Shown piece after piece: positions 27,042 to 37,400 of a stretch of 64,000 nt of DNA. The position numbers and the translations under genes were made by a program. The stretch spans positions 64,001-128,000 of IMG/VR virus record IMGVR_UViG_3300036861_000610, one strand, 5' to 3'. The stretch comes from a virus. The number at the start of each line of letters is the position of its first letter. Within the stretch, counting starts at the first letter, position 1. The notes below the pieces were generated by a model, which was given only the letters and a program-made list of their open reading frames with translations, did no database searches and had not been told where the DNA came from.

Positions 27042-27395
27042 ATGCCGCTGATGCGCGAGTGGGTTGAGATCCACGTGGATGAGGATTTGCTCATCCACGT
27101 GGTTCGCGAGCTGCTTTCGCTGGCAGTGAACCCGAACCAGGTTGAGGTCACGTACGGCACCGCCGGCCGCATCATCCTGGCCGAGATTCACCTTGCTGAT
27201 GCTTGGTACCAGATGCGTCTGGCCAAGGAAGAAGCCGAAGGCGATGGCACCGAAGTGCACGCCAGCGGCTTCGAAGTTGTTGATAGCGCGAAGATTGAAA
27301 ATTCAAACTCTGCTGAGTCAACAACCGTCCCAACGCCCGCCAAGCGAGCGTCTGCACCAAAACCCTCCGCTTCTCCTAACGGCGAGGATTCGTAA
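27042..27395 (+). CDS. Hypothetical virion-module protein
   Basis: ORF abuts both neighbours in the operon. Confidence 0.6.
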   Translation: MPLMREWVEIHVDEDLLIHVVRELLSLAVNPNQVEVTYGTAGRIILAEIHLADAWYQMRLAKEEAEGDGTEVHASGFEVVDSAKIENSNSAESTTVPTPAKRASAPKPSASPNGEDS

Positions 27396-28090
27396 TGGCA
27401 ACAGTTTGTTTCACCCCATTCAAGATCCCGCGGATCCGGGTGACGCGGCTGAACTCGTGCGGCCAGGTCGTTACGGGTAGCTGCTCGCAGGTCGTGTCCG
27501 ACGGCATCATTTCCATCGAAATGACGAAGAACTACGAGGACCGTGAAGAGTTCTTCGTCAAGAACGGTGACGGTACGTTCTGTGTCCGTGAGACCAACCC
27601 GCCGATCCTGAAGTGGATCGACTTGGTCATCACCCTGTGCAATATTGACCCAGACATCGTCAACATCGTCGCGGCTGAACCGTTGTACACGTCTAACGAC
27701 ACTGCGGCCACAAAGATCGGTTACTCGACCGACGAGAACTCGGCCCAGAACGTGAACTTCAGCCTGGAGGGTTGGACTCGTCTGGCCAACACGGCGACGC
27801 TGTGCACGGGTGGCCAAGAGTATGGATACTTCCTCTGGCCGTGGGTCGTGGAGGGCACGATCGGCGACATGACGTTGGAGAACGGCGTCGCCAACTTCAC
27901 CATCAACGCGCGTACTCATGGCAACTCGCTGTGGGGCGTTGGTCCATACAACGTCGACTACAGCGATAACCCAATCGGGTCTACGACGCCGGTACCGATG
28001 AACACACCCATCACATCCACGCAGCACAGCCGCATGTTTATTACGCGGCTGCCACCGCCAGCGGCTAGCTGTGGCTGCGCAGCAGTGTAA
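27395..28090 (+). CDS. Major tail (tube) protein
   Basis: RVTRLNSCG..V.DGIISI, EEFFVKNGDG.FC, YGYFLWP and WGVGPYNV motifs typical of this actinophage tail family. Confidence 0.8.
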   Translation: MATVCFTPFKIPRIRVTRLNSCGQVVTGSCSQVVSDGIISIEMTKNYEDREEFFVKNGDGTFCVRETNPPILKWIDLVITLCNIDPDIVNIVAAEPLYTSNDTAATKIGYSTDENSAQNVNFSLEGWTRLANTATLCTGGQEYGYFLWPWVVEGTIGDMTLENGVANFTINARTHGNSLWGVGPYNVDYSDNPIGSTTPVPMNTPITSTQHSRMFITRLPPPAASCGCAAV

Positions 28091-28112
28091 CGGAAACATC
28101 AATGAACTTTTA

Positions 28113-28172
28113 TTGCTTGCGCAAGCAACTTTTTGAGCAGGACAAGCTCATTTAGTTGCTTGCGCAAGCAAC
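28113..28172. repeat. Two copies of the perfect palindrome TTGCTTGCGCAAGCAA, 43 bp apart
   Basis: 28113-28128 and 28156-28171 (second extends to 18 bp); AT-rich flanks. Confidence 0.9.
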
Positions 28173-28203
28173 AAGTTTTTCAAGGAAGAGGGGGTGAGTC
28201 GAT

Positions 28204-29403
28204 ATGGCCAGGCTTCTCTACGCAGATCCGGGATCGCAGTTGGTCTACCGACCCATTGGCTCATCCCTAAGGTCGGCAATCGGCAGCCAGGCCATCGTGT
28301 ACGCCGACGATGCCGCCACGGTTCTGGCTGATATCGCTGAGTACGATCCACTGAACCCTTCGACGCCGGGTCCGGTCATTCTTGACTCGACGCTGACCGT
28401 GGACAGTAACTCACTGCTGCCTTGGTTTTGGGGCCCGCTTGCCGGCACGGATACGTTGTGGGTGGTAGCGGACGGGGGGCCGATCGCACAGATCAATGCC
28501 TATTACGATCCGCGCATTGATGCCGCAGCAACAAACGCCGCTTTAGCTGCTGAAACTTCAGCTCGCGTAGCCGGCGACGCAGCAAGATTGCAGATCGCCA
28601 ATAACCTCTCCGACGTTGCATCGACGTCCTCGTCGCGAACCAATCTGGGGCTTGGTGGGGCCGCGGTCCTTAATGTCGGCACTAGCGCCGGAACGGTCGC
28701 GGCCGGCGACGACTCGCGCATCACTGGCGCCATCCAGTCTTCCATCGCTGATGCAAAAGGCGACCTGATCGTCGGTACGGCCAATGACGCTGTAGCCCGA
28801 TTTGCCGTAGGGACACCGGGCTATGTTCCATGGGCTGATCCGGCCGCTACTCCAGGAATCGTGTGGTTGCCCAGCGATCCGGACGCCCTCGCGGCAGGCA
28901 CGACCACCATGGATCGGCGCTATGCCTCCGGCACTGTCAGCGTTACGAGCCAACAGATGCGGTTGTCCTTCTTCACTGCACCACGAGCCGAGACGATTTC
29001 TACTCTTGCTGTGGCTACGGGCAGCACTGCTGCTGCGGCAACACCGACGCTGTGTCGCATGGGTATCTACTCCGTTGCTGGTAACGGGGATCTAACCCTC
29101 GTCGCTAGCACAGCCAACGACACGACCTTGTTTGCGTCTGCAAGCACCCGCTATTCGAAGGCGTTGTCGGCCAGCTACAACGCGATCCTCGGCCAGCGGT
29201 ACGCCCTGGCGGTACTGGTCGTTACTGGCGTCGCCACTCCAACCCTCATTGGCTTCAGCCTGAGTTCCGCGATGAACGTCGCTTTGACAACTAGCCCACG
29301 CCTAACGGCAGTCGTGGCTGGTCAGGCCGATCTTCCGAATTCAGTCCTGTCGGCTTCTCTTGGCACCTCTAACGCTGCTCCGTTCGGGGAGGTGCTGCCG
29401 TAA
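28204..29403 (+). CDS. Virion fibre/decoration-like structural protein
   Basis: NNLSDVAS...RTNLGLG..AVLNVGTSAGTVAAGDDSRI and AKGDLIVGT fibre-type motifs. Confidence 0.65.
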   Translation: MARLLYADPGSQLVYRPIGSSLRSAIGSQAIVYADDAATVLADIAEYDPLNPSTPGPVILDSTLTVDSNSLLPWFWGPLAGTDTLWVVADGGPIAQINAYYDPRIDAAATNAALAAETSARVAGDAARLQIANNLSDVASTSSSRTNLGLGGAAVLNVGTSAGTVAAGDDSRITGAIQSSIADAKGDLIVGTANDAVARFAVGTPGYVPWADPAATPGIVWLPSDPDALAAGTTTMDRRYASGTVSVTSQQMRLSFFTAPRAETISTLAVATGSTAAAATPTLCRMGIYSVAGNGDLTLVASTANDTTLFASASTRYSKALSASYNAILGQRYALAVLVVTGVATPTLIGFSLSSAMNVALTTSPRLTAVVAGQADLPNSVLSASLGTSNAAPFGEVLP

Positions 29404-29404
29404 A

Positions 29405-30247
29405 ATGCCTATTCCAGCTGGGAGCATTCCCGCCAATCTGCCTGGGATGACATGTACGTGGCCCGACGTCGGACTCCAGTTGTGCTGCGAGGACTGGGAC
29501 ACGTACAGCGAGTCGCTGCAGACGCAAGCCACGGATTACGCGAGGATGATTCTGTGGGCTGCCACCGGCCGCCAGTTCGGGCTATGCGAACTGACCGTCC
29601 GGCCTTGCGGCAAGTTCTGCGAGAACTGTGATGGTGGGGGCTGGTACTACGACGGCATGGGCGCCTGGATCCCATATATCAGTAACGGCCAATGGTTCAA
29701 TTGTTATTGCGGCAATAACGGACCCGGAGGCTGCTGCACCTGCTCCCCTGACTGCCAGGTATACCTCCCAGGCCCTGTGTATTCCATCACTTCTGTGCGG
29801 ATTGGTGGCGAGAGTCTGATCGTCACCGGTGGCAGCGAAATTTTCGTGCTGGATCAGCAGTGGCTGGTCCGTGTCGACACCTCAAAATGTTGGCCCCAGT
29901 GTGCCGACCAGAACAAGCCGCCGGGTGACGCCGACGCCTTCGAGGTGACCTACCTGCGCGGACTGCCAGTCCCTGACGCCCTTGCTCAGGCCTATGCATC
30001 GCTCGCCTGCGAGTACGCCAAGGCCTGCCTCGGGTTGGTGTGCCGGCTGCCGTCACGAGTCTCTTCGATCAGTCGCCAGGGCGTAACCATATCGATGGTC
30101 GATGTCGCCGAACTGCTCCGGAACGGGCTAACAGGACTCTGGGAAGTTGACCAGGTCATTTTGGCTCTCAATCCGTACGGCCTCAAAGGCCGTACGCGTT
30201 TCTACTCCCCGGAGCTAATGGAACCTCGCCAGATTACTTTCCCGTGA
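29405..30247 (+). CDS. Head-to-tail adaptor (Cys-rich)
   Basis: LWAATGRQFGLC...RPC, WPQC.DQ, CRLPSRVSSISRQGV and TGLWEVD motifs. Confidence 0.75.
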   Translation: MPIPAGSIPANLPGMTCTWPDVGLQLCCEDWDTYSESLQTQATDYARMILWAATGRQFGLCELTVRPCGKFCENCDGGGWYYDGMGAWIPYISNGQWFNCYCGNNGPGGCCTCSPDCQVYLPGPVYSITSVRIGGESLIVTGGSEIFVLDQQWLVRVDTSKCWPQCADQNKPPGDADAFEVTYLRGLPVPDALAQAYASLACEYAKACLGLVCRLPSRVSSISRQGVTISMVDVAELLRNGLTGLWEVDQVILALNPYGLKGRTRFYSPELMEPRQITFP

Positions 30248-30257
30248 GGAAGCGGAC

Positions 30258-30815
30258 GTGACTGAACCCGCCCCAGATCTTGCTGAGGTTCTCATGGACA
30301 AACTCCTCGAATGTCTGTGCACCTACTCGCAGGCGGCCGAGGGGGCGCCAGCCCATTGTTGTTTCCGGGTGGGTACCGAGATTGCTCACGACGCCGGCAT
30401 CCTGGAAGATCAGTGCTGCGAAGGTATCGCCTATGTCGCCCTTGGTGACACCTACCCTTCCTCAGACTCGTTCCCGGAGCAGGATATTGTTCGGCAGGCA
30501 GCCGCCCACTGTGCGCCACCGACTTGGGCCCAGGCGTTTAAGGTGGGAATTATCCGATGTGCCCCCACCGGGAACCAGTTCCTGCCGCCCAGCTGCACTG
30601 ACTGGAATGCGGCAGCCCGACAGAACATCATCGACGCCAAGACGCTGCGCCAGGTGGCCTGCTGCATGCGCGACTTCGTGGTGAACAACGACAATCTGTT
30701 CTTCGGTATGTCGTTAGTGATCGAGCGCCAGACGCAGGGCAACCCGCAGGGCGGGTGCGTCGAGCGGTCCATGACCCTGACCGCCCAGTTCCCCAATTAC
30801 GACTGTGCCTGCTGA
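30258..30815 (+). CDS. Neck/tail-completion protein
   Basis: Synteny; GIIRCAP...QGGC motifs. Confidence 0.55.
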   Translation: MTEPAPDLAEVLMDKLLECLCTYSQAAEGAPAHCCFRVGTEIAHDAGILEDQCCEGIAYVALGDTYPSSDSFPEQDIVRQAAAHCAPPTWAQAFKVGIIRCAPTGNQFLPPSCTDWNAAARQNIIDAKTLRQVACCMRDFVVNNDNLFFGMSLVIERQTQGNPQGGCVERSMTLTAQFPNYDCAC

Positions 30816-31294
30816 TGGGTGAGTACCAGGTCTACCAGGTGCGGCTGCGGGCGCAGACCATGTTCATTGCTCGTCGGCAGGCCGAAAAGGCACTGAGGGC
30901 GATGCAGGATGAGGCGAAGGCGAATGCAAGCAGGGGCCCGTACAGTAATGGGCGCCTGGCTGAAAGCATCTACCGCTCGGGGCCGCGTGTGGTGGGGTGG
31001 AGTGCCTCGGGATCAGTTGGCAGCCGACTGTCCTACGCCAAAATTGTAGAGAAGGGCGCCAAGATACACCCCATCTTCCCGAAGGGTGTCACCGTCTATC
31101 GTTTCGGGAAAGTGTCCCGGCCGGCATTGAAGTTCCAGTGGCGTGGACGGACTGCGTACTTCAACCAGATCCCTGGCGTTCCCGGGACTATTGGTCGGTC
31201 GCATCCGGGGCAGCCCGGAAAGCACTACCTTGCCAGGGCCCTTCTAAGCGTGGCGGCACGGTACAACCTGCGGGTTATCGTTCGCGACATCTAG
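30815..31294 (+). CDS. HK97 gp10-like neck/minor tail protein
   Basis: GRLAESI...YAKIVEKGA..H.I.P...L.F.W...HPG......L.RAL pattern. Confidence 0.65.
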   Translation: MGEYQVYQVRLRAQTMFIARRQAEKALRAMQDEAKANASRGPYSNGRLAESIYRSGPRVVGWSASGSVGSRLSYAKIVEKGAKIHPIFPKGVTVYRFGKVSRPALKFQWRGRTAYFNQIPGVPGTIGRSHPGQPGKHYLARALLSVAARYNLRVIVRDI

Positions 31295-31304
31295 TATCGG
31301 GCGC

Positions 31305-31658
31305 ATGACCACTCCTGATCCTGGACGAGAGACGCAGCCCGTTAATGTGCACGGACGTACGGTCATCGTCAGAAAGCTCCTCGACACGCAGATAATGCTC
31401 CTGGCCAGAGAGGCCAAGATTCTGCAGCGCGACGACATCAGCAACACCCGCAAGCTCGATGGAATCGACCGGATGTTCTCCATTCTGGAGTCGGTCGTCA
31501 TCTCCGAGGACGACCAGATGTACATGCAGGACCTCATGGTGAAAGGCGAGCTAGATCTCCGTGAGTTGATCACCTTTGTGACTGCATTCAACACCGACGA
31601 CGACGGCGTTGAGAAGCCAGCTCGGGTGCGTCGTGGCCGGACGCCGGCCAAGCGGTAA
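31305..31658 (+). CDS. Tail assembly chaperone-like protein
   Basis: Position two genes upstream of the tape measure. Confidence 0.5.
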   Translation: MTTPDPGRETQPVNVHGRTVIVRKLLDTQIMLLAREAKILQRDDISNTRKLDGIDRMFSILESVVISEDDQMYMQDLMVKGELDLRELITFVTAFNTDDDGVEKPARVRRGRTPAKR

Positions 31659-31677
31659 CCGTCCCAGCTCCGGCGGA

Positions 31678-32250
31678 TTGCCCACGGAACTGTCGACGGC
31701 ACAAACGAGGCCTGCACCCACGCCCAAGCTGAATGTCGACCCAGTGTGGTCGCTGAAGCCATGGCCGGCGACGGTGCTTCTTGGGGCCGTAGAATTCACG
31801 ATCCCCGCCATGGCGGCGGCGGACTGGCTCGCGTATCTGATGCAGCCAGCTCCCGACATCGACGGCATGATCTTGGACCTTTTCGACGGTGGTGAAGAAC
31901 TTCTCTACACCGAAAAAGTGACGGTCGAAGACCTATACGAAACATGCCTTGAGCTGGTTGCCATGGTGTGTGCTCGGCCGTGGTGGGTAGCCCTTCGGCA
32001 GATCAACATTGCCCGGAGTTCGTGGCATATCTTGGGGCCCAAACTGCTGGAGCGCGTCGACCTGGAGCGCGTCTCCATCGCCGCCTTCCTGGACGTTCTT
32101 CTGGTCGTCACCCTGGAAAGCATGGAGCCGAAGGAGACGGCCATGTTCATCTTGAAGCTGGAGGCAGTCCCTGCTGAGTTGGCCACCGAACAGCCAGCTC
32201 CAATCGATTCGATGGAAATGGACCGTGGCGCCTTCCTTTCTATGCAGTGA
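31678..32250 (+). CDS. Second tail assembly chaperone-like protein (start uncertain)
   Basis: IPAMAAADWL...RPWWVA motif; immediately precedes the tape measure. Confidence 0.5.
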   Translation: MPTELSTAQTRPAPTPKLNVDPVWSLKPWPATVLLGAVEFTIPAMAAADWLAYLMQPAPDIDGMILDLFDGGEELLYTEKVTVEDLYETCLELVAMVCARPWWVALRQINIARSSWHILGPKLLERVDLERVSIAAFLDVLLVVTLESMEPKETAMFILKLEAVPAELATEQPAPIDSMEMDRGAFLSMQ

Positions 32251-32322
32251 TCGTTAAACTGGTGCGCAGTGCCGCTTGCCCTGCCTGCGCACATCACATG
32301 AGCTTTGAGGGGTGATGTTGTC

Positions 32323-34449
32323 GTGAGCGGGCCGTTGGGTGCAGCCGATGCTGTTGGCGTTGCCTGGGCCGATGTACGTTTCCGCGGCGACAAAGCTCCC
32401 AAAGACGTTGCCAACATCCTGGATGATGCCAGCGATGAGGGCGACGCCAAGATGGCGGACACGGGTGACAAGTGGGGCGAGACCCTCGACGAACACCTAA
32501 AGAAAAGTACTAAGAATACAGGCCGAGACGTTGCCCGGGGCATCTCCGCCGGCATCGAACGCGAAGGCTTCGAGATCTCCCGAGCCACATTGCGATTCGA
32601 CCGCAACGGAAACGCCACATCCACCTGGGTGTCGTACGTCGCCAAAGACCTTGAGAAGGTAATCAAGGACAGCGGCTCCTCCGGTGGCTTTAACAAGGTC
32701 GGCGAGGCCCTTGGAAGCGCCATCGGTGCCGGCTTCAACGTTTCCGGCAAGTCCCCCCTCATCGCGTTCCTGATCCCCGTAATCGGTCTCATTGTCGAAG
32801 CTGTGGGTGCGGCTATTGAGGCCGTCGCTGCGCTCACCTCCCTGCTGGTTCCGGTCCCAAATATTCTCTTCGCCCTTGGCTTGCAGGCAGGAGTTCTGCT
32901 TCTGGCTTTCCAGGGCATGGGCGACGCCATCAAGAACGCGTTTGCTGCCAAAGATGCCGAAGAGCTAGACAAGGCATTGAAGGGGCTTGCGCCTGCGGCA
33001 GCGACTTTTGTCCGAGAATTGTTGCCCCTGCGAGATGTCTTCAAAAATCTGAAGAATGAGGCACAGCAAGGATTTTTCAGCGGACTGACCGACCTGGGCG
33101 AGATCATCGGTCCTGACACTGCCTTGATCAAGACCCTTAACAGCCAAGTCGGCCCCCTGGCTGAGACATTGGGCAGTCTGGCAACGACAGTGCTGCGGTT
33201 CTTCAACGACCCAGTGTTCATCCAGTTCCTGAATACGGTTGTTCCCTCCACCATCGACTGGTTGAGGCAGCTCGGGCCAGCGATTGTCCAACTGCTGACC
33301 GGACTCTCTGAATTTGGTACGGCAGTTACGCCTTTCGTGAACTGGTTCGGCCAGGTTTTCAATCAGGCCATTTTTGACCTAGGTGTCTGGCTAGATGACC
33401 TGGCTCACAACACGGTGTTCCTCAAGTGGCTGGATGAGGTCAAGGGAGACCTGAGCGACGTTTGGGACCTGCTGACTCAGGCCGGCGAACTCATCATGGC
33501 CTTCGTCCACTCTTTGAATGCTGCTGGCGAAGAGAATGGTGGCTTCATTGCCGCCCTTACAGAGCAGCTCAAAATGTTGACAGATTTCTTTAAATCGCCT
33601 CTAGGTGAAGGCGCCCTACGTGCTCTGATGAGCATTGCCGTTGTGTTGAGTCAGATTCTGATTGGCTCGCTTCTTACGATCAGTGTCATCCTCGTCGCCA
33701 TCGAAGGTCTTCGTATGGCGGTTGTCGACCTATTCCATGGAATCGGAGGATTCCTCTCAAGTCTCGGTGACAAATGGGACGAGTTTTGGGCCAAGGTCGA
33801 GTGGGCCTGGAATACGTTCATCGAAAACATCACCCACGGTTTTGCCTCGTTCCGGGACAGCGCGATTGCTGTCTTGACTGGATTCCGGGACGACGTGTCC
33901 AACTACTTCACCAGTATCCGGGACAACATCATCGACTCTTTCAATAACACCATCGAAAGGGTGCGTAACTTCTTCGGCGGCCTCGGCGGAAATATTGCCG
34001 ACGCTGTCGGCAACCTCGGCGGCGTGCTATGGAATGCAGGAGTTAACCTGATTCAAGGCCTGATCAACGGCGCCCTCGCCATGATCGGACCACTGAAGAG
34101 TGCCTTCTCCTGGCTCATGAACAACGGTGTCTTGAGCTTCCTGCCGCACTCTCCCGCCAAGGAGGGGCCGCTGTCCGGTGAAGGTGACCCGATGATCGCT
34201 GGTGCCACCATCGTCCAGCGCATCGCCACCGGTATGGAAATGGAAGCCCCAGCCTTGCAGAGCGCCTCGGCCGTGGCTACCTCGAATGTTCTTCTGGGGA
34301 CCGGTGCCGTACAGATGAACTTCTACGGCGCCACCCCGACCAACGCCCAAGCCGGCGGCATTGGGGCGGCTGCCGGCAACAGTCTCGCCACCACCCTTGC
34401 TCAACGCAATACACGTCTGGCTGTTCGAAGCCTCGGATCGGGGATCTGA
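32323..34449 (+). CDS. Tape measure protein (~708 aa)
   Basis: Helical A/G/L-rich sequence with periodic W/F; C-terminal LPHSPAKEGPLSG motif typical of actinophage tape measures. Confidence 0.85.
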   Translation: MSGPLGAADAVGVAWADVRFRGDKAPKDVANILDDASDEGDAKMADTGDKWGETLDEHLKKSTKNTGRDVARGISAGIEREGFEISRATLRFDRNGNATSTWVSYVAKDLEKVIKDSGSSGGFNKVGEALGSAIGAGFNVSGKSPLIAFLIPVIGLIVEAVGAAIEAVAALTSLLVPVPNILFALGLQAGVLLLAFQGMGDAIKNAFAAKDAEELDKALKGLAPAAATFVRELLPLRDVFKNLKNEAQQGFFSGLTDLGEIIGPDTALIKTLNSQVGPLAETLGSLATTVLRFFNDPVFIQFLNTVVPSTIDWLRQLGPAIVQLLTGLSEFGTAVTPFVNWFGQVFNQAIFDLGVWLDDLAHNTVFLKWLDEVKGDLSDVWDLLTQAGELIMAFVHSLNAAGEENGGFIAALTEQLKMLTDFFKSPLGEGALRALMSIAVVLSQILIGSLLTISVILVAIEGLRMAVVDLFHGIGGFLSSLGDKWDEFWAKVEWAWNTFIENITHGFASFRDSAIAVLTGFRDDVSNYFTSIRDNIIDSFNNTIERVRNFFGGLGGNIADAVGNLGGVLWNAGVNLIQGLINGALAMIGPLKSAFSWLMNNGVLSFLPHSPAKEGPLSGEGDPMIAGATIVQRIATGMEMEAPALQSASAVATSNVLLGTGAVQMNFYGATPTNAQAGGIGAAAGNSLATTLAQRNTRLAVRSLGSGI

Positions 34450-37400
34450 TGGGAATTTACAACCCCCGCAACCCACAGAACATCGGCCAGGAATGGGTGC
34501 CGATCCGCGATGAGGACTTGGTCCTCAACCCGTTCGCGAACACAATCGAACGTGGTTACAGCTTCCGGCTACCAACCTCCACAACTGTTGACAATGTTCA
34601 CTTCTACCTGAAGCAGTGGCCGAATGAATTCGGCAGCAATATGGTCTACACGGCCAGCATTTATCCGAACGGACAGGAAGCGGCCTCAGGTCCTGTACGT
34701 TCGGTCATTATTCCATGTAACTATGCCGAGGTCACAGGGTCGGCAATCATTCAGACTTTTCCTGGTCTAACCACTGCCCAGAATTTGTTTGCCAATGGCG
34801 ACAACTACTTTTTGTTCTGGACCATGGGGCAGGCCAACCCCGAAGAATGGGGTTTGTCAACATTTTTCGCTGTCAATAGTTATGCACCGCTACTGAATGG
34901 TAAGCGTATCCTCGGCGTTGACCTACTCGCGGGTATCAATGTACTAAATCAAGGTTTCAGCATCGAGGAATCTTTCCAGAGTGTTCGCGTAGATGTGGCA
35001 ACAGACTTTGGCTACACCCCTCTCTCTTATGACACGATGCGTCTGCCGGACCTGATCACTAATCGGACCCCGGAGTCAACAAAAGAAACTGTGCGCATGC
35101 ACATGGGCGATGCTAACCGTTTCTTTGGGGTTGGAAGCGGGACAAGCGCCGGCATTAATCAAATCATGCCTTGGACCTTTTCTGAATTGGCACGATTTGA
35201 GGCCGGGGCAGTAAATAGACTTCGTGTCAGATTCGGGGAGTCTGGGGTTTCGGCTGCACTGGGACCACAGTTCCAGTTCGAATATTGTGCTCTGGAAGTG
35301 TTTTATTGCGAAGAGTCCCGGGTCGCCATGGGCTCGAAAATATTCAATGACGATATTCCTAATCGGCCCTCACGTGATCCTTTTGTACTGGGCGCCAATT
35401 CCATCACTGTTCGTAACCCATTAACTGCAGCCACTGGTCCAATTCTGCCCAATGGTGACTACACGGTCACTATCTCTGAATCGAACCTTGGCGACAACTA
35501 CTACGCCAATCTATATCGCACCGTGGCCCAATTGAACGAAGTTCGACAGCTATACGAGCTGCCCTCGCACCCGGGCGTACAAATCAACCTACCGTTCCCG
35601 CTGAACGAGAATACGATTGGCTCCGAGTTCACGAGCCAGTCGACAGACCTAATTCCTCAGCTGACGATGCACACGTCCACGGGCGCACTGATCGAATACA
35701 GCCACGTCTATGGTCAGCAGTCCGCGGCGCAGGTCTACTCCACCAACACCGCCAGCCAGGAGGTCGACGACCGCTTCGTGGGGGCGGCTCGCCAGTGGCC
35801 GTGGGTAAGGTACTACGCCCGCCGGTTCGGCAAAACAACTATTCCACTGCGCTTGGACAGTGCGAGTCCCACCGTATCCGGGTCCGCCTTCGCGGTTCAG
35901 ATCACGCCAACGGAATTTGACGCCCTCCCGGAAATCACCGATGGCTGGAAGGAGATCACGCTCCGATTCCCCACCCCTCCGACCATGGGTACCGGCTCGG
36001 TCCCCACCTGGCGCTGGTCGGCCACCAACGAAACCGCCGGCAACCGCTGGGAGGTGCTTGGTGCAACTGCCCCCGCCGTCTCAGGAATCGTGCAGGACGT
36101 CAACACCAACTTCTGGCTGCCTTTCGCCCAGGTTCCTACCCCCCAGCGGCTATACCTTGGCACTTATGGCTACCCCGTGTCCGGCGCAGCCATCAACGAG
36201 GACTGGCTTCCGCAGTGGGGGCCGTACGTCTCAGGTACAACCTTCGACAACGCTTCCGATGCAGTCATCATCTTCTCGCAGTACATTCCGCCAATCACCG
36301 GCTTCGGCGTCATCACTGCGAGCCAAGCAATTACGGGAATTGGGCAGAACTGCGGTATCGATCCCTGTGGAATACCAACAGATATTCTCTACAATCGACT
36401 GTTCTGGAGCCCTCCAGTAAACACTGGATCTGCGTGGGATGACTTCACTCGAACTGTGAGTAATAGCCTTGGGACGTCCTCGTCGGGAGGCACATACTCG
36501 ACCACAGGGGCCGCCACGCAGTATGCCGTAAACGGAACCCAAGCGGTGTTTACGCCTGACACTACTGCCGTACAGGCTATTGGCACATTGCCCATTGGCC
36601 CTAACTTCGACGTAACGGTGAAGTTCTCTCTCAATGGAATTCTGAATGCCTCTAGCTCCGCCCGGGTGGGAGTCGTTGGTCGCTTTACCGACTCCAACAA
36701 CTTCTATGACGCCACTATCACAACTATCGCCGGAAGTATTACGTCCGTATCAGTGCGAAAAGTCGTGGCTGGCGTTACTACAATCTTGGATTCATTGTCA
36801 CCGGCTGCACCGAGTTTTGACTATGGGAACATGGTCAATATTCGATTCATGGGATCGGGACCATTCCTGAAGGCGAAGGTGTGGAGTGATCACGTCGATG
36901 AACCAACAATGTGGTTGCTGGAGTTCACCGACACCTCCTTGACGACCGGGAACGGGGCCGGGATCGCAGCGTCGGTCACCACCAACAGTCTCGGCTTGTC
37001 GGTTCTGTTCGACGACCTTCGGATTACGCCGCCGCAGTTCTGGTTCGGCTCCTACGAGCTGCAGCGCTCAGACGAGATCACCGACTGGCAAACAATCATG
37101 TTGGCCACAAATCCAGCTGTCACTGGCTTCAATGACTACGAAGCCCGCACCGGCATGATCAGCAACTACCGCATCCGAACCCTGGACCACTATGACTTCC
37201 CAAGCGACTGGTCGAATACCGTCAGTATCAGTCTGGCCTCGCCAGGAGTCTCTGGCTCATGCCTGAGCCAGGCCCATGTCATGATCTTCACAACGAACGA
37301 ACATCAAAGCGGCTATTCTAACTTGGCTTACTCCAACGCATGGGAGGGCCAGGTAAACGAAGACTTCGCCTTCGCCGAGGCCGGATTCACGCAGCTGCAG

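Noticed and set aside
31600-31700. Programmed -1 frameshift between tail assembly chaperones
   Set aside because: No XXXYYYZ slippery site seen, and the downstream ORF is in the +1 rather than the -1 frame.
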